From Octopus sinensis (Eukaryota), in NCBI RefSeq assembly GCF_006345805.1, contig NC_043000.1, positions 61,318,001-61,382,000 on the forward strand: DNA of 64,000 nucleotides. The letters are read 5' to 3'. A model generated the notes under the pieces. The model made no database searches and had not been told where the DNA came from. It saw only the letters and a list, made by a program, of their open reading frames with translations. Shown here piece after piece: positions 40,295 through 55,448 of this stretch (positions are counted from its first letter, which is position 1; every line of letters begins with the position of its first letter). Both the position numbers and the translations under genes were made by a program.

Positions 40295-41942
40295 CCTGAA
40301 ATATTGAAGTCTCAACCTGTTAGCCCGAGAGAGACACTGTTCGAAATACGATGGCCAGGTCAATGTTAACTGTACAAAGAAATGATCACGTGGTATGCAT
40401 TCCAGTCGTGACCATGCTGTATTTTAAAGATTATTTAGAACTATATATTTAATGAGTGTTTCCATCCCTCAAAGTGTTGTGATTTGAGGGAGATTTAGTT
40501 GCTATTTCAAGCAGTTAGAGCTACTACATGGCTACTTCTTCAGTCCATAATTATATTATATTCAAGGGAAAATTTTATAATCTCAATCCATACTTGTTAC
40601 TATCTTCGCAACGATGTTGATATAATTTTCCGCACTATACAACTGACTCTTTAGAGATTAGATATGTTAGTTTCACATAACTATAGGTTTACGTCTAAAT
40701 AAACTAATAACTTACTATTTAATTCAATTTAGTGTAATGACCTTTGAGTTATGCCCCATTGGTTTCATATTTTGAGTAGATAAAGTGAATGTTATTATTT
40801 TTATTATTTACGCTGCGATCAAGATATATTATAACTGAATCACTGAATTGCATTTCTAAAGTGTTGTTAGGCTTGGATTACAGTCAACTAGCTGCTGTTT
40901 GTTATTCATCAGCATCTTTTGATTTCTAATGGAGGAGAAGGGAAATTTATTATCAAAGGGATTAAACAAACGAAGCAGCATCTAATTATATTTCGTATGG
41001 TGTGATAGCTTCAGCGTAAAATTCTTCTTCACTTTTTAGTTTATCATTTTCTTATGAACATATCTATGAGCCTAATTCAGGTAGCGGGCAGTTCGCTTCT
41101 GTTAGTTGTAGCATTACGAATTGCTATTCTAAAATATAACGGAAGATATAAAATATCGAATCATACGTGTTCACGTGTATTGATTTGTATCTGTCCTATT
41201 TTTGAATATTCTATCAAGCAAATGCATATACAGATCCGCACACCCATTAACATGCACGTAAATACTTAAGGACAGCGTTGTTTCTATTAATAGAATACTG
41301 CCTAAGTATATGAATTATTCTTATAAAAGAAGAGGAAGCACTTGCCAACATATATTTCCTTTGAAGATAATAGTTATGTAACAGAACTAAAATATTATAA
41401 TAAGATTACAAGCAAAAAAACACACGCGCATACATACATGCATGCCTACCTGCCTACTTACCTATCTTCCTACTTAACCACGTAACTAAATAATGATAAT
41501 AAAATCATACATGTGTATATACACACATACATATACATATCGCTCTATTTATATTGTAAGTATTTATTCGAAGCTCATACAAGCAGTCATATTTTATTCT
41601 GCAAATTAAACTATATCCTTCTTATCTGAGAGAATTTCAAGAGAAATTATATGGGTTGTGCACATCTGGAGAGTAGATTTCCTGAGCAAGTTCCACACAC
41701 TTAAAATATCAATATTACATTTAATACGCTAGTTTTAGAATTCGATCATCTATATAATTTTCAGTGACTGCACACCTAATAATTATATGTGTGTCTGTAC
41801 ACTGAAATTTTGGGAGCTTATCTATATATAACTACGTATGTTATTGGAAACCTATAAAATCTTGAATGTATATGTGTGTGAGTGCGCGCGTCTCTCTCTC
41901 TCTCTCTCTCTCCCTCCCTCTGTATATAGATATACATACAAA

Positions 41943-42016
<74 letters not shown>

Positions 42017-42234
42017 TATATGTATATGAATCTATACACTCAAACTCAAGATTATAGCAAAAAGAATGAACCACTAATGCATTAAATAGGTCCTGCTCAT
42101 ATGCAACCAATGATAGCCTTAATACCAATGGTTGTGTGACACTCTCTGTCTGTCTCTCATTTTTGCTCTCTCTCTCTCTCTTTCTCTCCTTATATGTGTG
42201 TATGCATGCATTATGGCTCTGACGATAGGAAACA

Positions 42235-42400
42235 GGTATCATTGTGTTTCAAGAAGTTTGCATTTCAGCCATATAGTTTCGGGTTCAAGCCCGCTGCGTA
42301 GCTCCTTGGGCAACTGTCTTTTATTATATCTCTGGGCAGACCTAAGAGACCTAAGCTTCGTAAATGAATTTGGTAGACGGTAACTGCGTGGAAGCCCATC

Positions 42401-42434
<34 letters not shown>

Positions 42435-42680
42435 GTGGATGTGGGTGTGTTTACGTATGTATACGTGCGTGTGACTTTGTGTGAGTGTGCACTCACGTCA
42501 GCATGTGTGATGCTCGTGTGTGTGTCATTGTGTTTTGTGTTTATTCTCCTCACCATCACTGGACAACTGTCATTTGTTTGTTGACTTCCCCTTTACTTAC
42601 CAATTCGGCAAGAAGAGTTTGATAGAACACGTACCGAACTTAAAGATGATGATAAGTACAGGAGCCTATGATTGAGATAG
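42235..42680 (+). mobile_element. Degenerate full-length SINE (family of 22146-22540)
   Basis: GGGTTCAAGCCC..CCTTGGGCAACTGTCTT..TTTGGTAGACGG, microsatellite, then GGACAAC..TTCGGCAAGAAGAG. Confidence 0.7.
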
Positions 42681-43470
42681 TTAAGCACTAAACACTATAC
42701 AGCCCCATACACAGAAAGAAATAGAGAAAAACATACATAGAAATGAACGCGCGTTGATTCGCTGTTTTTGAATTACATGTGTGCAATTTGACAGTAAATA
42801 TGTATGCAATTGTGTGAAGAATGTAATTCAAGAATATAATTTCACTTCTATCTTTCATATTTCCTATCCGTCTATGAAATTGCACGTGCAAGTTGGCAAA
42901 TGTTAAATTTATATATTTAAACAGAAATGATTATAATAGATGTAATTACAGTCATGTATTTATATAATCATTACGTGCACAGTGAGCAAGTTTTTTTCAT
43001 AATTGTTGCATTTCTTAATATTTACATAAATCATAGTTTTTTCAGAGGCTATGTTTTTCTATAGAACACAACACAGATTTATTTTTAAAGTAACATTTAT
43101 TAACAAACCGAGAAAAAACACACACTCACGCATATGAGCATATTCATGTGTGTGTATATGTATGTATGTATGTATACAAACACTCGCACACACACTCGTG
43201 TGTATGCATGTATGTATATATATATATATACACACATATATATGAGCTCCAAGTAGCATGCTTGAGATTAAACTGGAAAACTGAATTCGAGCAAAATGTG
43301 TCATTAACATGTATTCCGCTTCGCTTTCATGAGAGACCTTACATTAAACCAAAGAATTCTTCGCAATTTGAAAGGAAGATGGGTTCAATTATTTGCATAT
43401 GTTGTCAAAACCTCAACAAGATTCGTGTAACTCAATATATTAGAAAATTTCTTTATGAAAGATGTAAATT

Positions 43471-43906
43471 TGAGGTGCGTTCAAAACGAATCAGCCTTTG
43501 TTTTTTTTCTTCCAAAACCGATGTCGTGTGGGCAAAATCCTTTGGACGGTAGATAACATCACCATTTCTGCGCATGGAAGAAAGTTTTCGCACCGGTAGG
43601 GCATGTTAGTTCGCAGCTGTTACTCCTAAAATACGGAGGTGTAGAGCATGCTTGCCGGATGCTTTGAGCTTGAGTATCACCAAGGTTTTGTCAAAATTTG
43701 GTGCAATATCTCTGCTTAATACGTTTGGTGAAAACAAAATTCTGACGAGCAACACACCTCTATATTCTAGGCATAACACCGAGGAATTGACATCACCTAC
43801 CGGCGCAAAAATTTTTACGCATTTGCAGAAAAGGTGTTGCCACACAGCATTAGTTTTAGCGGGATAGCGGGAAAAATAAAGTCGGATAAATTTTGAACGC
43901 ACTTCG
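43471..43906. mobile_element. Non-autonomous mariner-type DNA transposon
   Basis: Imperfect TIRs (T)GAGGTGCGTTCAAAA at left and reverse-complement CGAAGTGCGTTCAAAA at right, followed by TA. Confidence 0.7.
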
Positions 43907-44094
43907 TATTATCAATAGAAACCTGCCATGAATATACCTCGTGTAGAAATTCATTTTCATATTTGGCAACTGTGCCTACATGATGGTGGACGGACGGAAT
44001 AGAGAAAGAGAATTTGGGAGAAGGTATATTATGTATATAGTGAGGAATTAGTAAAAACACTGGAGGCTAAAGTGGTAGTTTTACCGCTACTTAC

Positions 44095-44130
44095 TGTATC
44101 ATGATGGTCGGAGAAGAGCTTTTCATCTGG
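44095..44130 (-). CDS. Candidate 36 nt phase-0 micro-exon (PDEKLFSDHHDT)
   Basis: Pyrimidine tract CTTCTCTTTTTTTTCCCCTCTCTC..CAAG acceptor and ACA|GTAAGT donor; frame-compatible with 38994-39161. Confidence 0.25.
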
Positions 44131-44943
44131 CTTGTGAATTTAAATGAGAGAGGGGAAAAAAAAGAGAAGCGAATCTAGACTTTTGTTTTCATTTCTAAAG
44201 GTATTAATGATCTGTGTGGAGATAAAAGTCTACGAAAAACGTATCAGAAATATTTCATGCATTCAACTGACCATTCAATCCTTATCTTACGAAACTAGCT
44301 ACATTACTATGCATATAGATATATTCGTAGATATATAACTATACATACAAAATACAATATAACTGTCTTTACTTTCATTATCATTTACTGGCGGTTTATA
44401 TATAGAATTTCAGGTTTCCAGGTTTCCAGGATTAACAACATTTCGTTTCACTATTGATTAATTATTTTTTATTTCTTTTAAATTCTGAACTTCGAACAAT
44501 CTGAACATCTTACTATTTCCTCTTGTTCACAGGCTTTTTTTTCCACCCGTTATTTCTGTATTTTTGCACCAGATTTGTTATCTTTCTCCTCACTGTGTTT
44601 TCCCGCTCTCTTTTATTTTAACAACTACTCTTATTCTGTAATTAGCACGTGGAATCATTTCCACTAACAGCGAACTTGTTATGTTAGTGTTTGGTTCTTT
44701 TGTATTCGACCCACATGCTGTTCTATCGTTCAGTAGAATGAGAACAATTGGTAAACAAAAACAAAAGAAAGAAGAAAAATAGAAAAAATAAAATTAAGGA
44801 ACAGAAGCAAAATAGCATGACACGTAGCAGTCTCTGGTTCCGTACACGTATCTGTGCGAAGACTATCTGTGTGAGTGTGTGTATCTGTGTAATAGTGTGT
44901 GTACATGCACGTACGTATATGGTACTCTATTGACAGTTAATAC

Positions 44944-45046
<103 letters not shown>

Positions 45047-46444
45047 CTCACAAACTTACGCATAAATATGTGTCTGTATATTTGTGCGTTTGTGAGTGTA
45101 TTTTTGTATGTATAGGTAACTACGTATTTGCATGTGTACGAGAGCCGTTTACGCATATTCTATTTTTGTATTAGAAGATATGTATACGGTCGTTGATACG
45201 CACTCACATACTCGCACACACATAAAGACGCGCATACACACATACACAAACACACAGAGGCACGGTGCATAAAATACTAAGCGTTCAGAAATACGATATA
45301 GTTTACTTTACACATGCACACACAAATATATGCATACATATATACATACATACACACATACATATTTACACACAATACGCTCGCGCGTGTGTATGTGTGT
45401 ATGCAAGTGTGTGAATATGTAGTCCATGTACTTCATGTAAATGGTATATGAAGCTCGTATTTAATTTCATGCTATTTTCTTTGAAAAGCAATAAAAAAAA
45501 ATAACAACAGTTTATGACGAAGAAGCAATCCTATTTTGACAATATCCAACAAAGACGCAGTGATACATCTTCACACTCACAAATCTCTTGCGTTTGAAGC
45601 TATTCTTTCTTTCATATTGCATTTTCTGTGATTCTTTTCTGCTTTAGTTTTACTTTTATTTATTTTCTATGAAACAAAACAGCTATTTTAACTACGTTTC
45701 AATTAGGCTAAATATCTCCCATGAAACTACTACAGTAAAGCTTCCTATGAATAATAAAGAATGAAAAAATAATGTCGGTGAATCAAGGGAAATGTATATG
45801 TAGGTATATTTACTACAATCGGGTGATGAAGCTATACGGATGATGATATTTCACATAATTTGCAGTACTGAAATCAAGAACATTAGAATGAAATATATAA
45901 TAATTGAAGGAACATTTTCCAATGATTGTGGATAATGCAATAGAACAAAAAGATTACGAGCCGTGAAAAATAAAAATTCTTTGAAAATAAAACAAATACA
46001 TTATTTTTTTTCTACTTCATTGCGGTTATAAAAGCCTTTATCACATGATATAATACAATAAGGGATATGGCTATCGGAACAGGGCTGAAGCAAGTTCGAA
46101 GCCAATGCATAATATGCACCCACAAAGATATAGACTATCAGTTTGCAATTCTGACCAATTAATTTTATTTGATTTGCCGACTAGATGTCGAATGTTGGAC
46201 TTTTTGGTATGTGTAAGTGAGATCGTATATACAAAATATTCCAAAATTCTATGTCATTTGATGTCGGTAGGACATATATAATTAATGTGCAACCGGAAGA
46301 GGAAGTATAGCACATTCTACCTACACACATACACACAGATATCAAACACCACACCACACCACACCACATCACACACACACATGCATTATATAAGCTTTTT
46401 CCTTGCCGCGCTTTTGATAAATTTGGTAATATTTCATACTCTTT

Positions 46445-46598
46445 TACGTTCTGAGTTCAAATTCTGACGAGGTCGACTTTACCTTTCAATCCTTCCAGGT
46501 TCGATATAATAAGTACTAGTTCATCGGTGGGGTCGATGTAATCAGTTTTCTATCTCCGCGAATTTGTTGGCTTTGTGCCAAAATTTGAAGCCATTATT
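46445..46598 (+). mobile_element. SINE (third family), 5'-truncated
   Basis: TACGTTCTGAGTTCAAATTCTGACGAGGTCGACTTT (B-box-like GTTCAAATT)..GGGGTCGATGTAATC..TTGTGCCAAAATTTGAA; related fragments at 3613-3720 and 29405-29480. Confidence 0.75.
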
Positions 46599-47611
46599 TC
46601 ATACTATCTATTTTGAATTATTTTTACTTATTACATTTAGCCTGTAAAGTCTATGCAAATTGTTTCAAAATCAATGGGATTTGAGTTAATGTAGCTACAT
46701 AGTTGTTGTACATTGAAAAGCATTTCTCTATCTGTACATTCATCGAACTGCTACAGGCAGAAAAATGTTGCCGTTTAGTGCATAGGATCTTGTTAACGGT
46801 ATTCGAAGACATATGCAAATAATGTTCAACGACTGACAGAACTACTGCTCATACTAAGTGGGAAGTAATGCTGAACGAACATTGTAATTACTTATTCAGA
46901 GAATATTGACCTCGGTTACGAACCAAAGAAGATGAGACCCCCGGCTAGACACGAATGTAAACAAAGTCTCGCCGCCAAAGAGAGAGATTAACTTGATACA
47001 TCAAATTGGTGTCTAGCATCAGTGAGCTTCAAATTGCTTTCCAATTCAGAAGAATTCAGTTTGTAAATTTCAAGCCTGACTGGAATAATAAAATCATCAG
47101 TTATAACAAATTAGCTATTCAGAATTTTCAGACTGTTTTCTAACAGACATTATATATTTTTATATAAATATGCATTTATCTCGAATTTCTAGCAGCTGTT
47201 TTTTTTTAACATTTGGTATTGCAAAATAATAACTGCATACATACATACATGGATACATACATCGAATATATATATATTGTATATATGGTATGATGATATA
47301 TATGTATATATATATATATGTATATATATATGTATATATATATATATATATATGTAGACTGATTGATTGCCCTGATAAAGAATATGAAGATGAAATTTTG
47401 CTGACTGATTTGAAGTGATATTACAGATAACTTTACCAACCTTAAAGGTTTCACTTACTAATGATTTGAAAATGATCAAGGATCGGTCTTTCTGCTATCA
47501 TTTATGGCGTAGCAATATTTGAGTTTGATTGGAACTATTAGTATAGAAGGCTAGTCTTCGAAATAAGATATGTAATCACTATTATAGATCTAGTGTCTAT
47601 CATCTTAATTT

Positions 47612-48530
<919 letters not shown>

Positions 48531-51485
48531 CGATAGCTGAGCCACTCGTATTGTTATACATAACATTTGTCCATTCATTCTAAAATCGTCCCTACTTTCA
48601 CCGACATTAAAAATTGAAAGCTTCGAAACTAACGAAAAAAAACCCCATTAATTTCTAATAAACAGCTTAATTGAAAGATTGACTTAGAAATGTAAAATCT
48701 ATCAATTTCAAAGTTAAGTTGAACTATGAATCAGTGTTTTAAAACTGACGCAAAGTTATGAATTATAAGCGTTTCACTGAACCTAAATTATTATCTATTC
48801 AATATGATGATGGTTTCAATAATTATATTACTGCTTAATTTATTCTGAACATTTGTGAAATGAAAAGGTTGTTAAAAGAAATACTCAACATGTAAAATAC
48901 ACAAGTGGAAAATTTAGGTTTACCATATTTGAACCATTAGATATACGATATCTTATGCCAATATTTTGATCAATGTAATTGATATTTAGTCCACTTTAGA
49001 TGCAATTTATGACCCATTGATAGCTTTGCTAACGGCCATTCTTATATCCAATACCATCAACTCTCAGTTTCCAAGAATACTTTAATTCCATCTTAAATTT
49101 TAAGCATTTTAAATACGTCTGAGTAAGGATGACAAGTTCAATTCTCTAAATATAGTTTTGTATATCGTTATTTTCATTTCATCATTGCTTTAGTTTTTAC
49201 GGATCGGCTTATCGAATATGAGAAATCTACGAACGGTATTTCTTGACAATAACATATTCAGTGTCTCTAAATGATAACTCAAACAATTATGGATAGCAGC
49301 CTAATCTTTCTCAACTGATACTCTACAGTCTTAAAAAAAATGAACAAACAGGATAATGTAATTCAAAGCAGACTATGTTTAACAGTTCGAAAGCGCTATA
49401 AATCGATTCGAACCGAGTTGGGTTTAAATAACATACATAACGTTCCTACCATTTAACATCAACCACTGAAAATATCAGTGATTAAGATTTGCTTTCCCCC
49501 ATCATTTATAAAGTTATATAAAGACTAGATTGATTTCTTAATTGCTCTATTTCTAACACCACCTGAAAACACAAAACGGCCTTTATGATGGATTTTATGT
49601 CAAATGAAATATTGATGAATAAATCTAAATAAAAAAAAATCCCCAAAAGAAGAAAAAAAACTATGTAAAATATCGAAACACGAGCAAACATTGAGGCAGA
49701 TATTAATTAGGCGTGCTCCACCTCCATGTACAAATGTGATCGGAACTGATCTCATTTGTCAAATGTATTTCAAGTGAGTTTATTAATTATGTGTATTTTA
49801 TGTTATTCAGGATTTTCATTATGCTGCTGTTACTTGTGCCGCAAACTAAAGTCAGTCAATACAAAATAGTACAAACTATAGCACTATCTAGAAAATAATG
49901 TTGCATCAATACACATTAACATTGCACTATCAATTGTACAAATACTTCCTTTTTTTCCTTACTCCATACCCTCTTTAATTCAATCTTCCTCTTTCTCCTC
50001 CTACTCATCATACTCATCGCGGTGAAACGAACTGCCAAAAACACACACTAGACACAAAACAACAACAACAATGACAATGATAGCAACAAGAACAACAAAC
50101 AATACAAGGCATTTACTTTGTAAAATATCCAAAATACTATTATAATTTGCAATTAAAGTGAAGGTAGGATGTAGCTTCCACTACGTTCCATAATTTGTTT
50201 GTTATTTGGTATTTGATATCAGAATATCTTGTAAAATATCATAAAAGAGAACGAACATACCGTTCATGTGGAATAATACAAAAAAAATCTAAAAAGAATA
50301 GGAAAAGAAAAAAATACTCAGAAAAAGAGAACAAAAAGAAACAAAAACAAAACGAGGACAAACAAGACGTGTGTGTCTATGTATGTCTCTCTCACTCTCT
50401 CTCTAGTTGTACACTTATAATAAATACATATATATGATGCATATATATACATATATATTTATATAAATATATATATATACATACTTCAATACACACACAC
50501 ACGCGCACATAAACGCATATGCACACATACATTCATCACAAAGAAACGAAAATACAAGATATAGTAATAACAACTGACAAGCATATACTCTTTTGATAGT
50601 TTTATTATTGAAATCTTGCCAAGAGCTTAGGAAGCCCGCTTCCACTTGTAACATGCCCTACATCTCCCCATAGCAAGGCCGTCATATATGGCATGGTGTG
50701 TTCATTAGTTGAAACGGTAGAATGGAAGAATAAATTACTACTGATTACTTACAGTAAAAAGATGTTCTTCAAACTAATGCACTTCTAGGTTCATCGATAG
50801 TTTATTTAGAAGATGGCGACTTGTAATTTTTTTAAGATACAAAGGCTGCGATTTTGTAGAAGGTAACATGAAACAGACACACACAAACACACATATGAGT
50901 AGATAATAATACATATATACGAATTCATCCATCCATCCATCCATCCATATACCCATGTGTGTATTGTGTATGTGTGTATGTATGTATATATATATGACTA
51001 TATCCTTATGTGTTAAGTGTATACGTTTTTTCTATCACTTGTAATTTTATAGCCTTTTTCTCCCTTATATATTCGCTTTTTGTTCCCACATTTTACTTAT
51101 TGTCTCCCCTACCCCGGGCTAGTTTTTGAGTAAGATAACTATCTTAAATTACACCGACCGGTCTTGTCTGATCGATGTTTTTTCAGTGTTAAGTTCTCGT
51201 TGGTTTTTTTTGTCTGCATGTATGTACATTCTTACTATATGTATGTATATACAGTCTTCATGTATGTACAGTCCTGAAGTATGTACACTCTAGAAGCTTA
51301 AATATTTTTCGTCTTTTTCATTAATAAATATATTTTGTCTTTTTCATTAATAGATTTATTCTATCTTTTTACACAACGTCTTCACGAGTTTAATTTCTTC
51401 TAAAGGCTCTGACGTACATTTTAAGATAAGTAACGTTTTTTTTTATTTAACAATAGTATTTAATTATTGAATTGTATTACGTTTG

Positions 51486-51548
<63 letters not shown>

Positions 51549-52337
51549 GTTATTGTTAAAATATTAATGTATATATAAGTTCTTGATTATTATTAGTTAC
51601 GATACGTATATCTATTTAATTTATTATGTTTATTATTATTTTCCTAATGTGATTTAACGTATTACATATAATATACTTTGAGAAATAGTTTTGTAAGTCA
51701 ATATATTATGTAATATTTAGGAGGTCTTACGTAGTATTACATTTAAGTACATAAGTTTAATATTAATTGATATTTTGGTCAACTCTATAAGCGAGTGAAA
51801 TATTAAATCTATATATACTATATATAAATTAATAATATAATATAAGTTTTTATAATAGGTGTGTATATATTTGAACCATTTTCTATTTGTAATTCTAATA
51901 TTTATAGCTTGTACTAGCATTATGTATATAACTTAACATGAAGCTTTTTTAGTATATATTACTTAATTAGAATAAGATTGAATTTAGATGTTTATCAAAA
52001 AATAAATAAATTAATAAATAATTTAATTTAATGTATATAGATTAAATTATAGTATTTTAGTTTTCAATTTATGTATATTTTATATCATATATATATATAT
52101 ATATATTTATATTTACTTCTTTTAAATAATTCAATTAATTGTATTTTATTTTTAGCAATGGTATGTCATAGTTTGTTGTTCTTTTCTTATATAAGTTAAA
52201 ATTTTATTTGTATAGATATAATAAATATTTATACCTCTTTATTCTATTTTTTTACATCAGAATATATTGTTCAGATATTTCGCATGTTACAAGATTATAT
52301 ACGTATATTTATTTATTTATTTTATTTTTTTTATCTC

Positions 52338-52420
52338 TGACCTGAAGAGTGGCTATATATATATTGAATTGATTTTACTGTTATCATTTCTTAAATATAG
52401 CCACAGAACACGTGTAGTCA
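52338..52420 (+). ncRNA. Solo type I hammerhead motif with long helix II
   Basis: TGAC-CTGAAGA-GTGGCTATAT..ATATAGCCAC-AGAA-CACGTG-TA-GTCA; all helices pair; GAAA reads AGAA. Confidence 0.65.
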
Positions 52421-52625
52421 TTTTACCAAATATATACGTTTTATTTATTATTTAATTTTTTCTATAGGATGTAATTTTTTTCTATACGGTATAATTCAAA
52501 TTTTTTCATTGCTGCTTTGATAAAAGGTGTTTTCTTCTAATTTAGATATATATATTACATTTTTTGAAATTTGATTTAGTATTTCTAAATTGAGTTTTTC
52601 GCTGTAAGTTTGGAATAATATTCCC

Positions 52626-52626
<1 letters not shown>

Positions 52627-52678
<52 letters not shown>

Positions 52679-52705
52679 GTATTAGTATTATTATTATTGT
52701 TGTTA

Positions 52706-52767
<62 letters not shown>

Positions 52768-52801
52768 ATAATAATAATAATAATAATATAATAATAATAA
52801 T

Positions 52802-52810
<9 letters not shown>
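52627..52810. repeat. (TAT)n tract switching directly to (AAT)n
   Basis: ..TATTATTATAATAATAAT.. junction at ~52767. Confidence 0.9.
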
Positions 52811-52842
<32 letters not shown>

Positions 52843-53194
52843 CGTTTCTGTAATTTCATGCTGAAAGACCTACACATACTGATAAAGCATTTCTGCTGTA
52901 CATCATCTCACTCTCACCGTGAAATCAACATTACCCGTACAATTTTTACGTACGGTTTGTTACAAGTCAGATGTTGATGTGATCGCAGACCAGCATGGGA
53001 TGAAGTGTTTGCTCAAGAACAACTCACGAACAATTCACTGCCCGCTCAGGTAATCTAATCCATGTTCTCTCAACATTGAGCACAGCACTCCTAAGCACAT
53101 GGCCACGCATCCTCTACTACCTCTGTACATGCTTATATAAATGCATATATACATATGTGTGAGTGTATGTGTATATGTGTATGTGTTTGTGTAT

Positions 53195-53492
53195 GAATCA
53201 CGTGATCACGTGACCGACCAGACCATCAGACGTTGTTACACATCGCTGGTCACAATGCGTTCGCATTGTTTTAGCCTTCGAATGACGCCACCCCGCTGGT
53301 TAAGCGAGCAGGCCAACAGAAGAAAGAGTGAAAGAAAGAGTACAGCAGGGATCACCACCCCCTGCCAGAGCTTCGTGGAGCTTTAAGGTGTTTTCGCTCA
53401 ATAAACACTCACAACGCCCGGTCTGGGAATCGAAACCGCGATCCTACGACCGCGAGTCCGCTGCCCTAACCACTGGGCCACTGCGCCTCCAC
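53195..53492 (-). mobile_element. tRNA-derived SINE (tRNA-Arg-like head; resembles octopus OR-type SINEs)
   Basis: Minus strand GGAGGCGCAGTGGCCCAGTGGTTAGGGCAGCGGACTCGCGGTCGTAGGATCGCGGTTTCGATTCCCAGACC with A and B boxes, continuing into a non-tRNA body. Confidence 0.75.
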
Positions 53493-53511
53493 ACATGTAT
53501 GTATATATATA

Positions 53512-53567
<56 letters not shown>

Positions 53568-53597
53568 ATGTATATATAGATACATGTAGTTAAATAA

Positions 53598-53634
<37 letters not shown>

Positions 53635-55046
53635 GTTATATATATATAAAGAGTGAGATAGAGGAAGATAGATAGATAGATAGATATAGAGAGATAATAG
53701 ATGAGATCGAGAGAATCTCTATATAGAAAACACTGTAGCGCTGAAGTGATTGAACTTATAGTTCAAAAGCCTTACCGAGCACCAAATCAGTAAGGTAAAC
53801 AATGACGAAAAGGGGAATTCCTGGGGTTCACATATTTATACGCGGATGTTAATCATCTGAACATATTTCAGTCTTGTCTTTTCATTATTGACAAGTACAC
53901 ATGTATATATATTCTATTTATCAAACCTAAGGCGTTATGTCTGTTTATGTGCATAATTTTCTTTCTCTCTCTTTTCTTCTCTCCCTCTTCTCTTGTTTCG
54001 CTCTCTCTTCATTTTTCTCTCTCTCTCTCTTCCCTTTCTTTCAATATCTCTCTCTCCATATATATATATATATATTGTGAGAGATAGAAAGAGAGAGCGA
54101 GAACGAAGAAATAGACGGAGTGAGAGGATTTATTTCGTATTCAATAAACATTAAACATTCCTGTATATATAAAATGGCCGACAGCGGATATGTAATTCTT
54201 TTTTTTACTATACATTTATTTATAAAAACATCAGGAACACGTCTCACCTAGTAAAGTAGATAGTGGGGGTCTATACTGTTATTATTGCGAGTGACATCTC
54301 TGTAGCAAAGAAGTCCTTTCTTTTGAAAGCAGCTAGCTATACTTCATTTGAATGTGTCCTCAATACAATTTGTATGCACAATACAACACAATTGACATTT
54401 AATAAATTTAGCTGCGGATGCCAGAATTGCGATCAAAAAGAAAGTAAAACTACACTTGTAAACAGAGAATCGCCCGTAACCTGGTGGTAGTCACGCACAC
54501 ACAACCGAGCACGCATATGTAATAATCTATGTACATATACACACACAGATGTGCATGTAGATTTATATAGGAAGCTAGATAGGTGATTATACTGATAGTT
54601 AGAAAGCTATTTGGCTAAATGTAGATAGATAGATAGCTAGATAGATCGATAGATAAATAGATAGATATGAAGATAGGTTGATAGATACATAGCTACTGTT
54701 CTATATAAGCATAACATAAGAATAATTTTGTGTGGATGTCAGCATACGCATTACTTCTTTTAGCATTCAGCCTCAGTTCAAAGCGAATGCAAGCATAAGA
54801 TTGCCTTTTAAAAGTCGACAATGCAAGCTAATGAATCAATCCTCGGACATAGCTACCTATAACTTTTGCGTCGGTGATCCACATGAGGGTTTAGTATGTA
54901 TTTACAGCTAGTTCAAGTGATCGATCTTAGAACCTCAGAAATTTGAAGCGCAATTCTTGGCATGGAGCAGCACTCCACTCTGTCGGCCAGCCATAATACA
55001 TGCATAAATACATAAACGCACGCACATATATACATATATTCATGTA

Positions 55047-55054
55047 TATCTATG

Positions 55055-55138
<84 letters not shown>
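55047..55138. repeat. (TATC)n microsatellite, 5' flank of the Tx1 element
   Basis: Direct reading. Confidence 0.95.
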
Positions 55139-55448
55139 GACAGACGTGTTGTCACATCGGCTCCGAAGGTAATCGTTTATTTTGACTATTTATAGCCCAT
55201 ATTTTGTGTACATTTTTGTAAATAAGGTGTGTAAGGCACCCAACTTTCGTTTGAGTGCTTTTCCAAGGGAGGAATTCGCCCCTAGGGGCAGTTTCAACCC
55301 CATTTCATTTCTGTAATTTTCTTCTCGACATTAGAAAATGTCAAGAAATTTTATTGTAGAACGCTGGTCGCGTTCTTTTATTGACCAGCATTTTCCTAGT
55401 TTGTAAGCACTAGGAGAAAAAAAGAACGTACGCACGCCAAGTGCAAAC

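Noticed and set aside
45581-45666. 86 nt minus-strand exon candidate upstream of 44130
   Set aside because: Its open frame ends in phase 2, incompatible with the phase-0 model of the downstream candidates; A-rich composition explains the open frame.
51145-51190. Minus-strand CTGAAAA..GACCGG-TC-GGTGT hammerhead-like remnant
   Set aside because: No helix II and no GAAA; too decayed to call.
53420-53492. tRNA-like sequence
   Set aside because: It is a SINE head: the acceptor stem does not close, and the sequence continues into a repeat body.
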